A program made the translations under genes and the position numbers. The notes beneath the pieces were generated by a model. That model did not search any database. It was not told where the DNA came from and saw nothing but the letters and a program-made list of their open reading frames with translations. Below are positions 18,528-27,467 of a DNA stretch of 64,000 bases, in pieces. Source of the DNA: Escherichia phage HMD-P3; sequence record PQ462667.1; one strand, 5' to 3'. Each line of letters starts with the position of its first letter. Within the stretch, counting starts at the first letter, position 1.

Positions 18528-19127
18528 TTACTCTTTGTTGTGCTCCTCGAATTGAGGTAACTGGGCTTTATTATATTGCTCAGATCGATATTTTGCCAAG
18601 ATTTCAATACGCTTATGGATTTCTTTGCTATCTAGATAGATATTTTTATTGTCTTTTACCATCTCGTCGATTTCGTCTATTGAGAAGAACGGATAGTAGA
18701 CATCTAGCATCATATCTTCTACGAACTTGTTGTAAGATTCATAGGCTTTCTTGATTTCTTGACCCTTCTCACAGAATCCGCCAGAGAACGTGTGTCCCAT
18801 TAGCGTAGCATGTGGATGTACTACCCACCCATGGCAGGATAGGAAAATTGTGCAGTAAGCAGAAGCACTAGGACCAACCAGATGCCCTATAACTGTTCCA
18901 CGGCAATTAGCAATTAAGTTAGATAACTGTGCAGCAGTATCAACATAACCACCCGGGCCATTAATCATCAGATTAATTTCGTCATCCTCATGTGCCTGCA
19001 TAAGTACCATTGATAAATCACGGTATTCATCCGGCGGGCCTAATTCTTCATCAAAGAAAAAGGTATACTCGTTAGATTGGCGAATGGAGTGAAACAGGTT
19101 AGTCTTTTCTTCTTTTTTATTAGTCAT
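18528..19127 (-). CDS. ClpP-like serine protease
   Basis: NGPGG motif and GPSAS serine-containing segment resembling ClpP. Confidence 0.5.
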   Translation of the reverse strand: MTNKKEEKTNLFHSIRQSNEYTFFFDEELGPPDEYRDLSMVLMQAHEDDEINLMINGPGGYVDTAAQLSNLIANCRGTVIGHLVGPSASAYCTIFLSCHGWVVHPHATLMGHTFSGGFCEKGQEIKKAYESYNKFVEDMMLDVYYPFFSIDEIDEMVKDNKNIYLDSKEIHKRIEILAKYRSEQYNKAQLPQFEEHNKE

Positions 19128-19139
19128 AGCGATCCTTGA

Positions 19140-19892
19140 TTATCCAACTAGTGGTTCTAGCTCTAAGTCACAGAAGTTATAAACTTCTAGTTTAAGATTA
19201 TTGATACCATCGAATTTATTAACTAATTCGTGAGTAATATATTTTGCAGGAATACCACTTTCAGATGGATGATCTGATTTAATAGTGAACTTCTGCTCAG
19301 CGGGTACTACATTTACTATCAAAGAATCCATATCTAAATGGTTTGTTTCTCTGAGTAACTCTCCTTCGTTGGGGAATCTAACATCTGTTATTACGGCGAC
19401 GTCTGGGTCGTCTTTAGCGATGGATTGCTCCAGAATTATGAGCCAAATGCGTTCATGCACCAGCTGCCTTCCTAGCTCTGTCCCTACGAGCTGTAACATT
19501 TTTCTCGGAGAAATAAATAAACTATAAAGTCCGTCTTCTTTATTCTCTGAGATAAGTTGTTGAGGATTAAGGTATTTTTCCTCAAAAATAGGCCAAACGT
19601 ACGAGAAGTCTTCAAACTTATCGATACCGTACTTAAACCACACATCTCTGGCTCGCTCCAATTGAGATTGTGTGACCGTAAACCATTGGTCAATCTCTTT
19701 TCCCCTGCGCTCTCCTAGAAACTCTGGAGTTACACCGAGGATTACGGATGCAAGTTCATAAACGGGCTTAGCAAAACTATAACGACGGGATAAACACGTT
19801 GGATACGTGTCATTACACCAATCGATAATTAATTTTGCAACGGTATCTTTTCCCGAACCAGCTTCACCATGTAAACCGACTAATACTGACAT
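19140..19892 (-). CDS. dnk: deoxynucleoside monophosphate kinase
   Basis: Walker A GEAGSGKDT at the N-terminus; 250 aa as for T5 dNMP kinase. Confidence 0.75.
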   Translation of the reverse strand: MSVLVGLHGEAGSGKDTVAKLIIDWCNDTYPTCLSRRYSFAKPVYELASVILGVTPEFLGERRGKEIDQWFTVTQSQLERARDVWFKYGIDKFEDFSYVWPIFEEKYLNPQQLISENKEDGLYSLFISPRKMLQLVGTELGRQLVHERIWLIILEQSIAKDDPDVAVITDVRFPNEGELLRETNHLDMDSLIVNVVPAEQKFTIKSDHPSESGIPAKYITHELVNKFDGINNLKLEVYNFCDLELEPLVG

Positions 19893-20245
19893 TAATCTTT
19901 CCTATTGTTAATTGGTGGATAATATACTAAACAACGTTTTTCTTGCAAATCCTGACGATAGAAGCAAACCATACCTGTCAGTCGTGAAATATATGAATAT
20001 TCTGCCTCACGGCATTTTGCCAACATATTCCAATCTTTATATGGTACAACAACTACTACGCCATCTTCTCCATTTGTAGCTAATTTCTTTTCAAACTTAA
20101 AGTCAAAGCTACAAGGTTGGAGTCCTTTAGGCCAATCTACATGAGCTGTTGGTAACTCATGTGAGGGTTCTGGCTTTATTTCTTGCGCACAGCCTGTGAT
20201 TGTGATTGCGGCTGCGAGCAGTATTCCACACTTCCAGAAAGACAT
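19892..20245 (-). CDS. putative o-spanin (outer-membrane lipoprotein, Rz1-like)
   Basis: Signal peptide with lipobox ITGC; 5' end overlaps the 3' end of the upstream gene by 70 nt. Confidence 0.5.
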   Translation of the reverse strand: MSFWKCGILLAAAITITGCAQEIKPEPSHELPTAHVDWPKGLQPCSFDFKFEKKLATNGEDGVVVVVPYKDWNMLAKCREAEYSYISRLTGMVCFYRQDLQEKRCLVYYPPINNRKD

Positions 20246-20619
20246 GCTAATCTCTCCTCAAATTCTTTACTCTGCTTTTTAGCATTTAATGTTACCAATC
20301 CAGGCTTTGCAGCTATAATGTCTTGACGACTAAGTGCTTTATCAAGCTGACTAATCTTTTTGTCTAGATCTGCTTGCGAAATATTATTCATTGTGAAATA
20401 CTGATTCATTCTAGTCTCACGAAGTTCGCTTTCAGCTTTCACTTTATTAAGTGAAGTCTCTAGAGAAGAAATCTTTTTAGTAGCTACCGCAAGATCTCCC
20501 GCCAAAGTCTCCACTTTATTTACTAAGTGATAAGCACCGAATCCGATGCCTATCGCTAGACCTGCTCCCAGGATATACCACTTACCTTTCCATAGAGAAC
20601 CGATAAAGTTTTTTATCAT
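20176..20619 (-). CDS. putative i-spanin (Rz-like)
   Basis: N-terminal transmembrane helix YILGAGLAIGIGFGAY, then coiled coil. Confidence 0.5.
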   Translation of the reverse strand: MIKNFIGSLWKGKWYILGAGLAIGIGFGAYHLVNKVETLAGDLAVATKKISSLETSLNKVKAESELRETRMNQYFTMNNISQADLDKKISQLDKALSRQDIIAAKPGLVTLNAKKQSKEFEERLACLSGSVEYCSQPQSQSQAVRKK

Positions 20620-21296
20620 CTTTTCATATTCCTGAATGACGTAACCGTATCAAATCCATGTGCTGCTAGACGGTCTTTATCTGATACAGTAATCATATCA
20701 GGCTCGCCCGTCCCTAACACGCCCCAGATATATTGCTCGATCATCTGGTGCAAACGGTATAAGTTACTTTCAATTTCCTGCCACGGAATACCTGATAGGT
20801 GTAGACGCGGATTAGTTATAATCTTGAAGTATTTATTGCTATCTTTATCATTTGGAACTAATGAATCTAGAACTGCTAGCGGTACTCTTAGCTCAGATAA
20901 GGCTTCTTTAGCTTTCGGGGTAACTTCTTCTTGCCACGATAAGATCGACTCTTTTGGCTTCCCTCTGTTTATGTCTAGCAAAGAAAACCCTGTTGACCAT
21001 CCCTTCTCATCTAAAATTTCTAACGCCTTGTCCAGGCTGAAGGTTTTTACTTGGGTATCCAGTACATCAATGTGGTATAACCAGTAAATCTCCCCAGCTA
21101 GGAAGAAAGGCAAAATTTTAAAGTAGCCAATCTTCCCCTCAATACGAGCAATCCTACGTTCTTGCATGATCATATAGTTGCCCTCATCTGGGGCTTTTAT
21201 TGTTAGCTCTTCAGTTTTACGTTCCCAAACACGATCTGCGTCAAATAAACTGTTCTGCAAATCATACACATCTACGAATTTAGAGATGATTCTCAT
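20616..21296 (-). CDS. hypothetical protein (226 aa)
   Basis: Long ORF. Confidence 0.55.
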   Translation of the reverse strand: MRIISKFVDVYDLQNSLFDADRVWERKTEELTIKAPDEGNYMIMQERRIARIEGKIGYFKILPFFLAGEIYWLYHIDVLDTQVKTFSLDKALEILDEKGWSTGFSLLDINRGKPKESILSWQEEVTPKAKEALSELRVPLAVLDSLVPNDKDSNKYFKIITNPRLHLSGIPWQEIESNLYRLHQMIEQYIWGVLGTGEPDMITVSDKDRLAAHGFDTVTSFRNMKR

Positions 21297-21450
21297 ATTT
21301 AATCCTCTTGCCTCAATCTATGAGTATATTATACAAAAGTTTGGGCATCTAAGCAACTAAAATTTTATTATAAAAATAGCCCAGTCGCAAAAGTGCAGGC
21401 TGGGCTTTGTCATTATTTGCTTTTGCTAGTAAGTTGATTTAGCATCAATC

Positions 21451-21831
21451 TTATGTAATATTAGTTTCTCTAGCTTTGTGTAGTACCCCTGCATTTCTCC
21501 ACAATTTGATGTCAGCAACTGTTTCTTTATAAGGAGCTATGGTAAAACCTAGTGGGCCAGCACCAAATAATCCTAAGAATCCTATTGCACGCATGTAGAA
21601 TAAACATTCTTCGCCTGTCATTTCTTCAACTGCTTTTCTTTGTTTTTCGTTTTCAAACCCGTGCTCCTTGTTGTCTATACGAAGGTGTTTAATGAACCAT
21701 TCAGCAGAATATTCATCTAAGTGTCTAAGTATAGCTATTGCATATCCAGCGCCAATTAAAAACCAAGCGGTAACAAGAATTAGTACTATAGTCATATAAT
21801 CTCCAGTTAAGGTCAGCGACCAACTCACCAC
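21451..21831 (-). CDS. membrane protein
   Basis: Hydrophobic segments. Confidence 0.5.
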   Translation of the reverse strand: MVSWSLTLTGDYMTIVLILVTAWFLIGAGYAIAILRHLDEYSAEWFIKHLRIDNKEHGFENEKQRKAVEEMTGEECLFYMRAIGFLGLFGAGPLGFTIAPYKETVADIKLWRNAGVLHKARETNIT

Positions 21832-21906
21832 TTACCGCACTAAGGGGGCACGACTCCCTTATCCGTAACAGTTGCAGGTGACGCAACTCGGTCCTACGCG
21901 AGTTCT

Positions 21907-22191
21907 TTAGGTATTCTGCATTTCAGCTTTAAATTTTTTCATATTACGAGTCTTTCTATAAAAGAAAAACACAGATGTTGGGCCTAGAAGAATATCCACA
22001 ATAAATATCATAGATCTAGCACATCTGAGTAATGTTTTATCATCAAGAGGAGGCAGATCTAACGGTCGAGTTTTATGTATAACGTATAATATTACATCTT
22101 TATTCTTAGAAACATACAGATCATCAACCAAGCTGTAAATAGCTACTATAGATCCAATGACGAACCAAAGAGCAAATGGAGAGATAATCAT
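21907..22191 (-). CDS. small membrane protein
   Basis: Hydrophobic N-terminus. Confidence 0.45.
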   Translation of the reverse strand: MIISPFALWFVIGSIVAIYSLVDDLYVSKNKDVILYVIHKTRPLDLPPLDDKTLLRCARSMIFIVDILLGPTSVFFFYRKTRNMKKFKAEMQNT

Positions 22192-22484
22192 TTCAGATCC
22201 TTTTCATTAATTAGAATATTAGTAAACAGTGGAGTAACTCCTAGACTCATAGTAGGTCCAAACGTATTCATGGCTACCCACAATTGCATAGTGATCATCC
22301 CATCTTTAATCTCTGGATCTTTATATTCTTCGATACGTTTTTTGGCAAAGGCAACTACATCTGGAGTACTACCGTTCTTTACAACATGATCATGCCAAAA
22401 CTGAGCGTTTTCACTCCGTAGGAATGTTAAAACATCCTTAGTTGCTGGAATCTGCACTGTGCTATTGATGTTTAGTCTTTTCAC
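22188..22484 (-). CDS. hypothetical protein
   Basis: 98-aa ORF. Confidence 0.45.
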   Translation of the reverse strand: MKRLNINSTVQIPATKDVLTFLRSENAQFWHDHVVKNGSTPDVVAFAKKRIEEYKDPEIKDGMITMQLWVAMNTFGPTMSLGVTPLFTNILINEKDLK

Positions 22485-22881
22485 GTTCTTCTCTCCGACG
22501 TTTGCGTTCTTTCATCATATGAGCTGCTACAACTTCATGGTAGTAGTCATTAATGTTACCTTCTGGTAAGAAATGCTTAATAGTCTCTAACTGACAAATA
22601 ACTCGATGAAGATGGTTATTTGGTAGACATAATTTTATACCTGCAACAAATCCAGAGAAGCCTGGAATACTGAACATGGGTTGGGCTTCTGCTCTACCTT
22701 CAGAGTTGATATTAAGCTCAATTGAGATACCCATTTTCATACTATAAAGCTGGCAATATTCTCCATTACCAGACCTTGACCAAACAGTGAAATCCTCATC
22801 AATTTGATCTTGAATTTCCGTAATTGCAAATTTAATTCTAGGGTCTAAATTATTCATCTTCACCTTCAAAGTCGCAATCAT
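22462..22881 (-). CDS. hypothetical protein
   Basis: 139-aa ORF. Confidence 0.5.
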   Translation of the reverse strand: MIATLKVKMNNLDPRIKFAITEIQDQIDEDFTVWSRSGNGEYCQLYSMKMGISIELNINSEGRAEAQPMFSIPGFSGFVAGIKLCLPNNHLHRVICQLETIKHFLPEGNINDYYHEVVAAHMMKERKRRREEREKTKHQ

Positions 22882-23155
22882 AACGACAAGTAAAAGAACT
22901 GGAGCTATTAGTACGTTGAGTGGTTATTTCACCACGTTTGCTAATAGTAACGGCTGGAGTAGAGAAGTTTTTATTAGTATAGATCTCTACTTTACCATTA
23001 CGTTCCTTAACATCACGAACTTTACCATACTCGGTAATAATGCCGTTCTGTTGGACTTTAACATTACCATTTTTCATAGAAACTTTGGTAGATGCCAGAG
23101 AACCGAAACTAACTGTGGAGATCATCAGTGCAATAATAAACTTATTCATCTTCAT
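22850..23155 (-). CDS. secreted/periplasmic protein (signal peptide)
   Basis: Start moved to MKMNKFIIALMISTVSFGSLAS. Confidence 0.5.
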   Translation of the reverse strand: MKMNKFIIALMISTVSFGSLASTKVSMKNGNVKVQQNGIITEYGKVRDVKERNGKVEIYTNKNFSTPAVTISKRGEITTQRTNSSSSFTCRYDCDFEGEDE

Positions 23156-23423
23156 CCTCCCCACTACAATCACGACATACATCATAATCGTTGAAAGAAC
23201 GTTCGTGAGCTTCACACCACCAAGAACAAGAATCGCAGAGAAACATTTCGGTTTTCTCTAGTGCTTGGCCTAAAAGATCATCAGCTTCCTCAGCAGTAAT
23301 CTTCAATCCGCACACATCTGCCACACGTTCTTTAATTAAACGACCTGCTTCGTGGTAAGACATACAGGTTCCCGCAACATCATGTTCAAGAACATGAACA
23401 GCACAGTCTAGACGAGTTTTCAT
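23142..23423 (-). CDS. Cys-rich zinc-finger-like protein
   Basis: CDSCSWWC...CRDCSGED; promoter/leader module upstream. Confidence 0.5.
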   Translation of the reverse strand: MKTRLDCAVHVLEHDVAGTCMSYHEAGRLIKERVADVCGLKITAEEADDLLGQALEKTEMFLCDSCSWWCEAHERSFNDYDVCRDCSGEDEDE

Positions 23424-23499
23424 TTCAAACCTCTCTCATCAATTTATAAACATATTATAGCAAGAAAAGAGAGGTTTAGCAAATGAATTATTTCAGAAT

Positions 23500-23847
23500 T
23501 TAGTCATAGCACCACCATAATCCACGCTTACGCATGTCATGATCGCGATTATAATCATAATTTTCTGGATCTTTCATCACGCGGTGGAGTTCTTGACGAT
23601 TCCCTTGACGAACCATTTTATTAGAATGCCACTTAACATTCTTACTAATAGAATTCCAGTTATAACCATCCTTTTTCTCATTACGAATGGTTGCTTCCTT
23701 CATTTCCTGTTCTACATCATCCCAGGATTTAGCATAAATAACACGAATCCAGTAGCCATTTTCTTTGAGGAAAGAATATTCTTGAGAGAAGTGTTCTTTA
23801 GACTTCCACCACTGATCACCAGATTGTCTACGATAAGTACGGCTCAT
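23500..23847 (-). CDS. hypothetical basic protein
   Basis: 115-aa ORF. Confidence 0.5.
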   Translation of the reverse strand: MSRTYRRQSGDQWWKSKEHFSQEYSFLKENGYWIRVIYAKSWDDVEQEMKEATIRNEKKDGYNWNSISKNVKWHSNKMVRQGNRQELHRVMKDPENYDYNRDHDMRKRGLWWCYD

Positions 23848-23968
23848 ATTACCTCCATTAAGTCTTTTAAATTAACCTAATGTGGGTGAATTTTATTATA
23901 CATAAACTATTTTCCTGTATACAGAAAAACCCCAGACTACTTATTCAATAGCTGGGGTTTGTTATTAA

Positions 23969-24283
23969 TTACAGATCGGGGCGTTCATCTTCGAAACAGC
24001 CTGAGCTAATTCCTTCTCCGAATCCTACAAAGCCATCAAATTCATCATTTGAGATGCCCATAATCATTGCTTCCATTTTCCTAATCTCCGAGATTTTCAT
24101 GCCTGCTTTACTATTCTTATAGTACTTGCGAGGGTTCCCACACATCCAACAAGAACAGATGCAAGGAGTAGTAGTGATAATACCTAACCGCTTAGGGCTT
24201 TCTTCATGTGGAAAGACTGTCCAGTACTTCTTGCGGTTGTTCTTCACACGTTGCCGGTGATGACGTCTTAATGCTCGATCCAC
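23969..24283 (-). CDS. Cys-rich protein
   Basis: CICSCWMCG cluster. Confidence 0.45.
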   Translation of the reverse strand: MDRALRRHHRQRVKNNRKKYWTVFPHEESPKRLGIITTTPCICSCWMCGNPRKYYKNSKAGMKISEIRKMEAMIMGISNDEFDGFVGFGEGISSGCFEDERPDL

Positions 24284-24364
24284 ACATTTCTCCTAAAACT
24301 TGGGAGATAAACGGAGTTTGCTCGACTACCTTGCGTAGCTGGGAGAAATCGTATCCAAACCCCA

Positions 24365-24733
24365 TTACATCGCCTGAGTAAATGTACGACTAATAACGTC
24401 GTTCTGTTGTTCACGAGTCAGTGCATTAAATCGAACAGCGTAGCCAGAGACACGGATGGTCAACTGAGGATATTTTTCAGGATGTTTCTGCGCATCCAAA
24501 AGCTGATCACGGCTTAACACATTGACATTTAGGTGCTGACCACCTTCGATTTGAGGGGCGACTTCCACTTTGACTTCACGGAAGGCTTCGGGATCGAATT
24601 GTGGTGTGATACCTTCTAGATCTTCAACTAGAACTTTCTGTTTAAGTTCACCATTGTCGGAGTATAGCTGAATAATCTGATTTTCATGAACAAGGTTAAT
24701 TACGCCAGATTTAAGATTTTGATATGCTTTCAT
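24365..24733 (-). CDS. grcA: autonomous glycyl-radical cofactor (GrcA/YfiD-like)
   Basis: C-terminal [29 protein letters not shown], near-identical to the E. coli YfiD glycyl-radical motif. Confidence 0.85.
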   Translation of the reverse strand: MKAYQNLKSGVINLVHENQIIQLYSDNGELKQKVLVEDLEGITPQFDPEAFREVKVEVAPQIEGGQHLNVNVLSRDQLLDAQKHPEKYPQLTIRVSGYAVRFNALTREQQNDVISRTFTQAM

Positions 24734-24756
24734 TAGATCTCCCCGATGTTAGAATT

Positions 24757-24832
24757 TGGTAGTTAGTAGTGGATTTGAACCACTGTAGTCGCTCCGTATG
24801 AAGGAGGTGCATAACCACTCTGCCAACTAACT
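24757..24832 (-). tRNA. tRNA, anticodon CAT (Met or Ile2)
   Basis: Hand fold: acceptor agttagt/actaact, T-loop ttcaaat, anticodon loop ttCATac, encoded CCA. Confidence 0.6.
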
Positions 24833-24928
24833 ATTATGTTTTATTAGGCTAAGTAAGTATTCTTTATACTCTCTAGTCCAATTAGCTTTTTTAAACTTTC
24901 CTGGACGCATAGTCTTAATTCCTAAATT

Positions 24929-25005
24929 TGGTACTCCGGGAGGGATTTAAACCCCCGATCTCTCGGTTATCAGCCGAGTGCTTTAGATCGCTAAGCTACC
25001 GAAGC
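24929..25005 (-). tRNA. tRNA-Ile (GAT)
   Basis: Anticodon arm ctcgg-ctGATaa-ccgag; T-arm and CCA present. Confidence 0.7.
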
Positions 25006-25006
25006 A

Positions 25007-25234
25007 TTAACATTTCACAGCAGAACGTTTGCCATTTCTAGGTGCACCTGGAAGTCGTGCACGTTCTGCCATTCTTCGCTTAATCTTTGAGATATTTTCT
25101 AGTGTTTGTTCTTCAGGCTTAATACCTGAAACACTACACCACTGATTACCATCCCATGCGGTAATGATCATAACACCATTACCCATAATCTTTTCTGTGA
25201 AAGTAATTCTCATTATAGCAACTCGTCTAAGCAA
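25007..25234 (-). CDS. hypothetical protein
   Basis: 75-aa ORF. Confidence 0.45.
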   Translation of the reverse strand: MLRRVAIMRITFTEKIMGNGVMIITAWDGNQWCSVSGIKPEEQTLENISKIKRRMAERARLPGAPRNGKRSAVKC

Positions 25235-25506
25235 GAGGTATATTTAAGTTTACCATCTTTATCTACTTTGATTTCGACTTCCGCTCGTGGTACTTGACGA
25301 ACTACACCATGAATCATCTTATAGCGAATGCCTTTAGCTGGTTCACGATCTTTTGGAAATACTTGCTTAACCGTTACTACTTTATACCCTTCACGCGGTG
25401 TTAACACTACTACTTGATCACCTTCTTTGATCTTCCAAGAGCTAGGAAATTCATAGGTATAGCGTTGACCACCAGTTTGGAACACAACAGAAAGATAACG
25501 TTTCAT
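25213..25506 (-). CDS. hypothetical protein
   Basis: 97-aa ORF with promoter/leader module upstream. Confidence 0.5.
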   Translation of the reverse strand: MKRYLSVVFQTGGQRYTYEFPSSWKIKEGDQVVVLTPREGYKVVTVKQVFPKDREPAKGIRYKMIHGVVRQVPRAEVEIKVDKDGKLKYTSCLDELL

Positions 25507-25573
25507 TTGGTTTCCCTCTCATTAATTTATATAAATATTATAACAATAAATAAGAGAGAAAGCAAATGAATTT

Positions 25574-25741
25574 TTAATAAAGTTTAGTCACTTCATAAAC
25601 TATACTACGAGATTCTTTATTACGTTGTATTAAATTAGCATATGCTTCTTCAGCTTCATTTTTAGTATTAAAGTCTATAACGTGAGAGGTATTAGCTCTG
25701 TTTGATTGGCTATACCAGATAACTACTAGGAGTTTAAACAT
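25574..25741 (-). CDS. hypothetical small protein
   Basis: Start moved to an internal Met to avoid overlap with the tRNA 3' end. Confidence 0.35.
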   Translation of the reverse strand: MFKLLVVIWYSQSNRANTSHVIDFNTKNEAEEAYANLIQRNKESRSIVYEVTKLY

Positions 25742-25755
25742 ACTAATCCTTAAAT

Positions 25756-25842
25756 TGGTGCTGGGCACAGGATTCGAACCTGCAACGGGATTACTCCTCC
25801 TGATTACAAATCAGGTGCATTCAACCATTCTGCCAACCCAGC
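25756..25842 (-). tRNA. tRNA with long variable arm, anticodon ambiguous (loop UUUGUAA)
   Basis: Acceptor gctgggt/gcccagc, T-arm gcagg-ttcgaat-cctgt, 15-nt variable arm; UGU by standard numbering, GUA if shifted. Confidence 0.6.
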
Positions 25843-26007
25843 AGAACCCGTTATTTCAACGGGATTTCTTTTTCAATAACAGAAGACTTATCAGTCATAA
25901 CTGTCATTGCCATTTGTTGTAGAAATTCAAAGGTGAAGGCTACACGTTCTTCACCAATCTCTACTTCTACACGTTTCTTTTGTTTATCGATCTTAACTTT
26001 TAGGTTA

Positions 26008-26229
26008 TCAGCCATCTTCTGGTTCTCGTTGCTGCACTACTTCTAGCCAGTCTGGTAGAAGAAACTTTGTACGAAATTCTTCGTAAGTTTCTTTGGGATA
26101 AAAGCTAAAACCTCCTTTCTCGTCATTCAGGATAACAGAGCCGTCAGTCTGTTCGTATGCTCGGTATGTTTCTCCAATAACAATAACTCGTTTATCGGTA
26201 CTTTTATTACGAAATTCAAAAACGTGCAT
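26008..26229 (-). CDS. hypothetical protein
   Basis: 73-aa ORF. Confidence 0.45.
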   Translation of the reverse strand: MHVFEFRNKSTDKRVIVIGETYRAYEQTDGSVILNDEKGGFSFYPKETYEEFRTKFLLPDWLEVVQQREPEDG

Positions 26230-26246
26230 AATGTTTCCTTAAAAAT

Positions 26247-26321
26247 TGGTGCGGGATACGAGAGTCGAACTCGTGTCTACTGGTTGGAAGCCAGTTATTC
26301 TAGCCACTGAACTAATCACGC
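26247..26321 (-). tRNA. tRNA-Gly (TCC)
   Basis: Anticodon arm actgg-ctTCCaa-ccagt; T-arm acgag-ttcgact-ctcgt; CCA. Confidence 0.65.
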
Positions 26322-26327
26322 GTAAAT

Positions 26328-26402
26328 TGGCAGGAAAGTAGGGATTCGAACCCTAACTAAGAGATTCAAAATCTCCAGTGCTAACCATTACACTACTTTC
26401 CA
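26328..26402 (-). tRNA. tRNA-Gln (TTG)
   Basis: Anticodon loop ttTTGaa; 3' end ...GCCA as in E. coli tRNA-Gln. Confidence 0.6.
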
Positions 26403-26408
26403 ATTGTT

Positions 26409-26484
26409 TGGCTGGGATGCCACGGATCGAACGTGGAACCTTCGATGTCAGAAATCGACGATCTGCCAATTGATCTACACCCCA
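26409..26484 (-). tRNA. tRNA-Gln (CTG)
   Basis: Acceptor tggggtg, anticodon arm tcgat-ttCTGac-atcga, T-arm ccacg-ttcgatc-cgtgg, 3' AGCCA. Confidence 0.65.
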
Positions 26485-26500
26485 ATAATTTCATCTCATT

Positions 26501-26695
26501 CTACGGAAAAATTGTTGTTGGCTCAGATTCTTCCAAACGTTTGCCTTCATGATCTACTCGAATAACTCCGCATCCTTCGCAAATCACAACAGCACCGTAG
26601 CCTTCTTTAACTTCTGCTTCTGTAATCAAACCAGAAAGATCACCAGTATCTTTACCCCACATATCAATGGAGCATTGTTTGCAGAAATCAGCCAT
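26501..26695 (-). CDS. zinc-ribbon protein
   Basis: CKQC...CEGC. Confidence 0.45.
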   Translation of the reverse strand: MADFCKQCSIDMWGKDTGDLSGLITEAEVKEGYGAVVICEGCGVIRVDHEGKRLEESEPTTIFP

Positions 26696-26720
26696 ATTTT
26701 ATTTCCTATTTAAGTTAATT

Positions 26721-26797
26721 TGGGGTGGCTAGTGGAATTCGAATCCACATAGGCCTGATTCACAATCAGGATCATTAACCAATTATGATATAGCCAC
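26721..26797 (-). tRNA. tRNA-His (GTG)
   Basis: Anticodon arm cctga-ttGTGaa-tcagg; discriminator C. Confidence 0.65.
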
Positions 26798-27165
26798 AAT
26801 TGAAAACTCGCAGGGTTAGCGAAACCTCCCTCAATTAGCATGTTCTAGAATACTAATCAAGTTATCTCCTATTGCACGCAGCTCAAGACGAGTACGAATT
26901 TTCAATTGTGGCGGCTCTCCGAAACTCTTCTACTCTAGCCTTAGCAGCTTACTCCCGAACGCATGTCGGGGAAGTCTTACTAAGAGCATCAAATAGCACC
27001 GTTACACTTTGAGCCATAGATATATCAAGAAGTAGAAGGACTTGAACCTTCACGAGATAGACCATTTATCTCAGCCGCTTTATGAGGTATGTTGTAGGGA
27101 GTGGATGTTCCCTATAAACCTTTTAGGCAGCCCCGTCTACCGATTCCGGCATACTTCAAGAACTT

Positions 27166-27348
27166 TTATAAACCAGCAGAAGCCTCATTTAAAGCATCAA
27201 CAATAGCCTGTTGTTGCGTCCATCCTCTACCAGTAGAATTAACATGTGGAAGATATACTTCCCAATAACCGTCCTCTAGTAAGGTTATTTGTGCACTAAA
27301 CTCTGTGCCATCAGTTAGTGTAACCTTCACAGTTTTTGTTAAAGACAT
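27166..27348 (-). CDS. hypothetical protein
   Basis: 60-aa ORF. Confidence 0.4.
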   Translation of the reverse strand: MSLTKTVKVTLTDGTEFSAQITLLEDGYWEVYLPHVNSTGRGWTQQQAIVDALNEASAGL

Positions 27349-27364
27349 ATATTATCCTATAAGT

Positions 27365-27454
27365 TGGCAGAAGATAATGGAGTCGAACCATCACCGTATC
27401 GCTACAGCGGGCTGGTTTTCAAGACCAGTTACGTACCACTACGTCCTATCTTCT
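27365..27454 (-). tRNA. tRNA-Ser (TGA)
   Basis: Long variable arm; anticodon arm ctggt-ctTGAaa-accag; discriminator G. Confidence 0.7.
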
Positions 27455-27467
27455 AGTATTTATTGTA

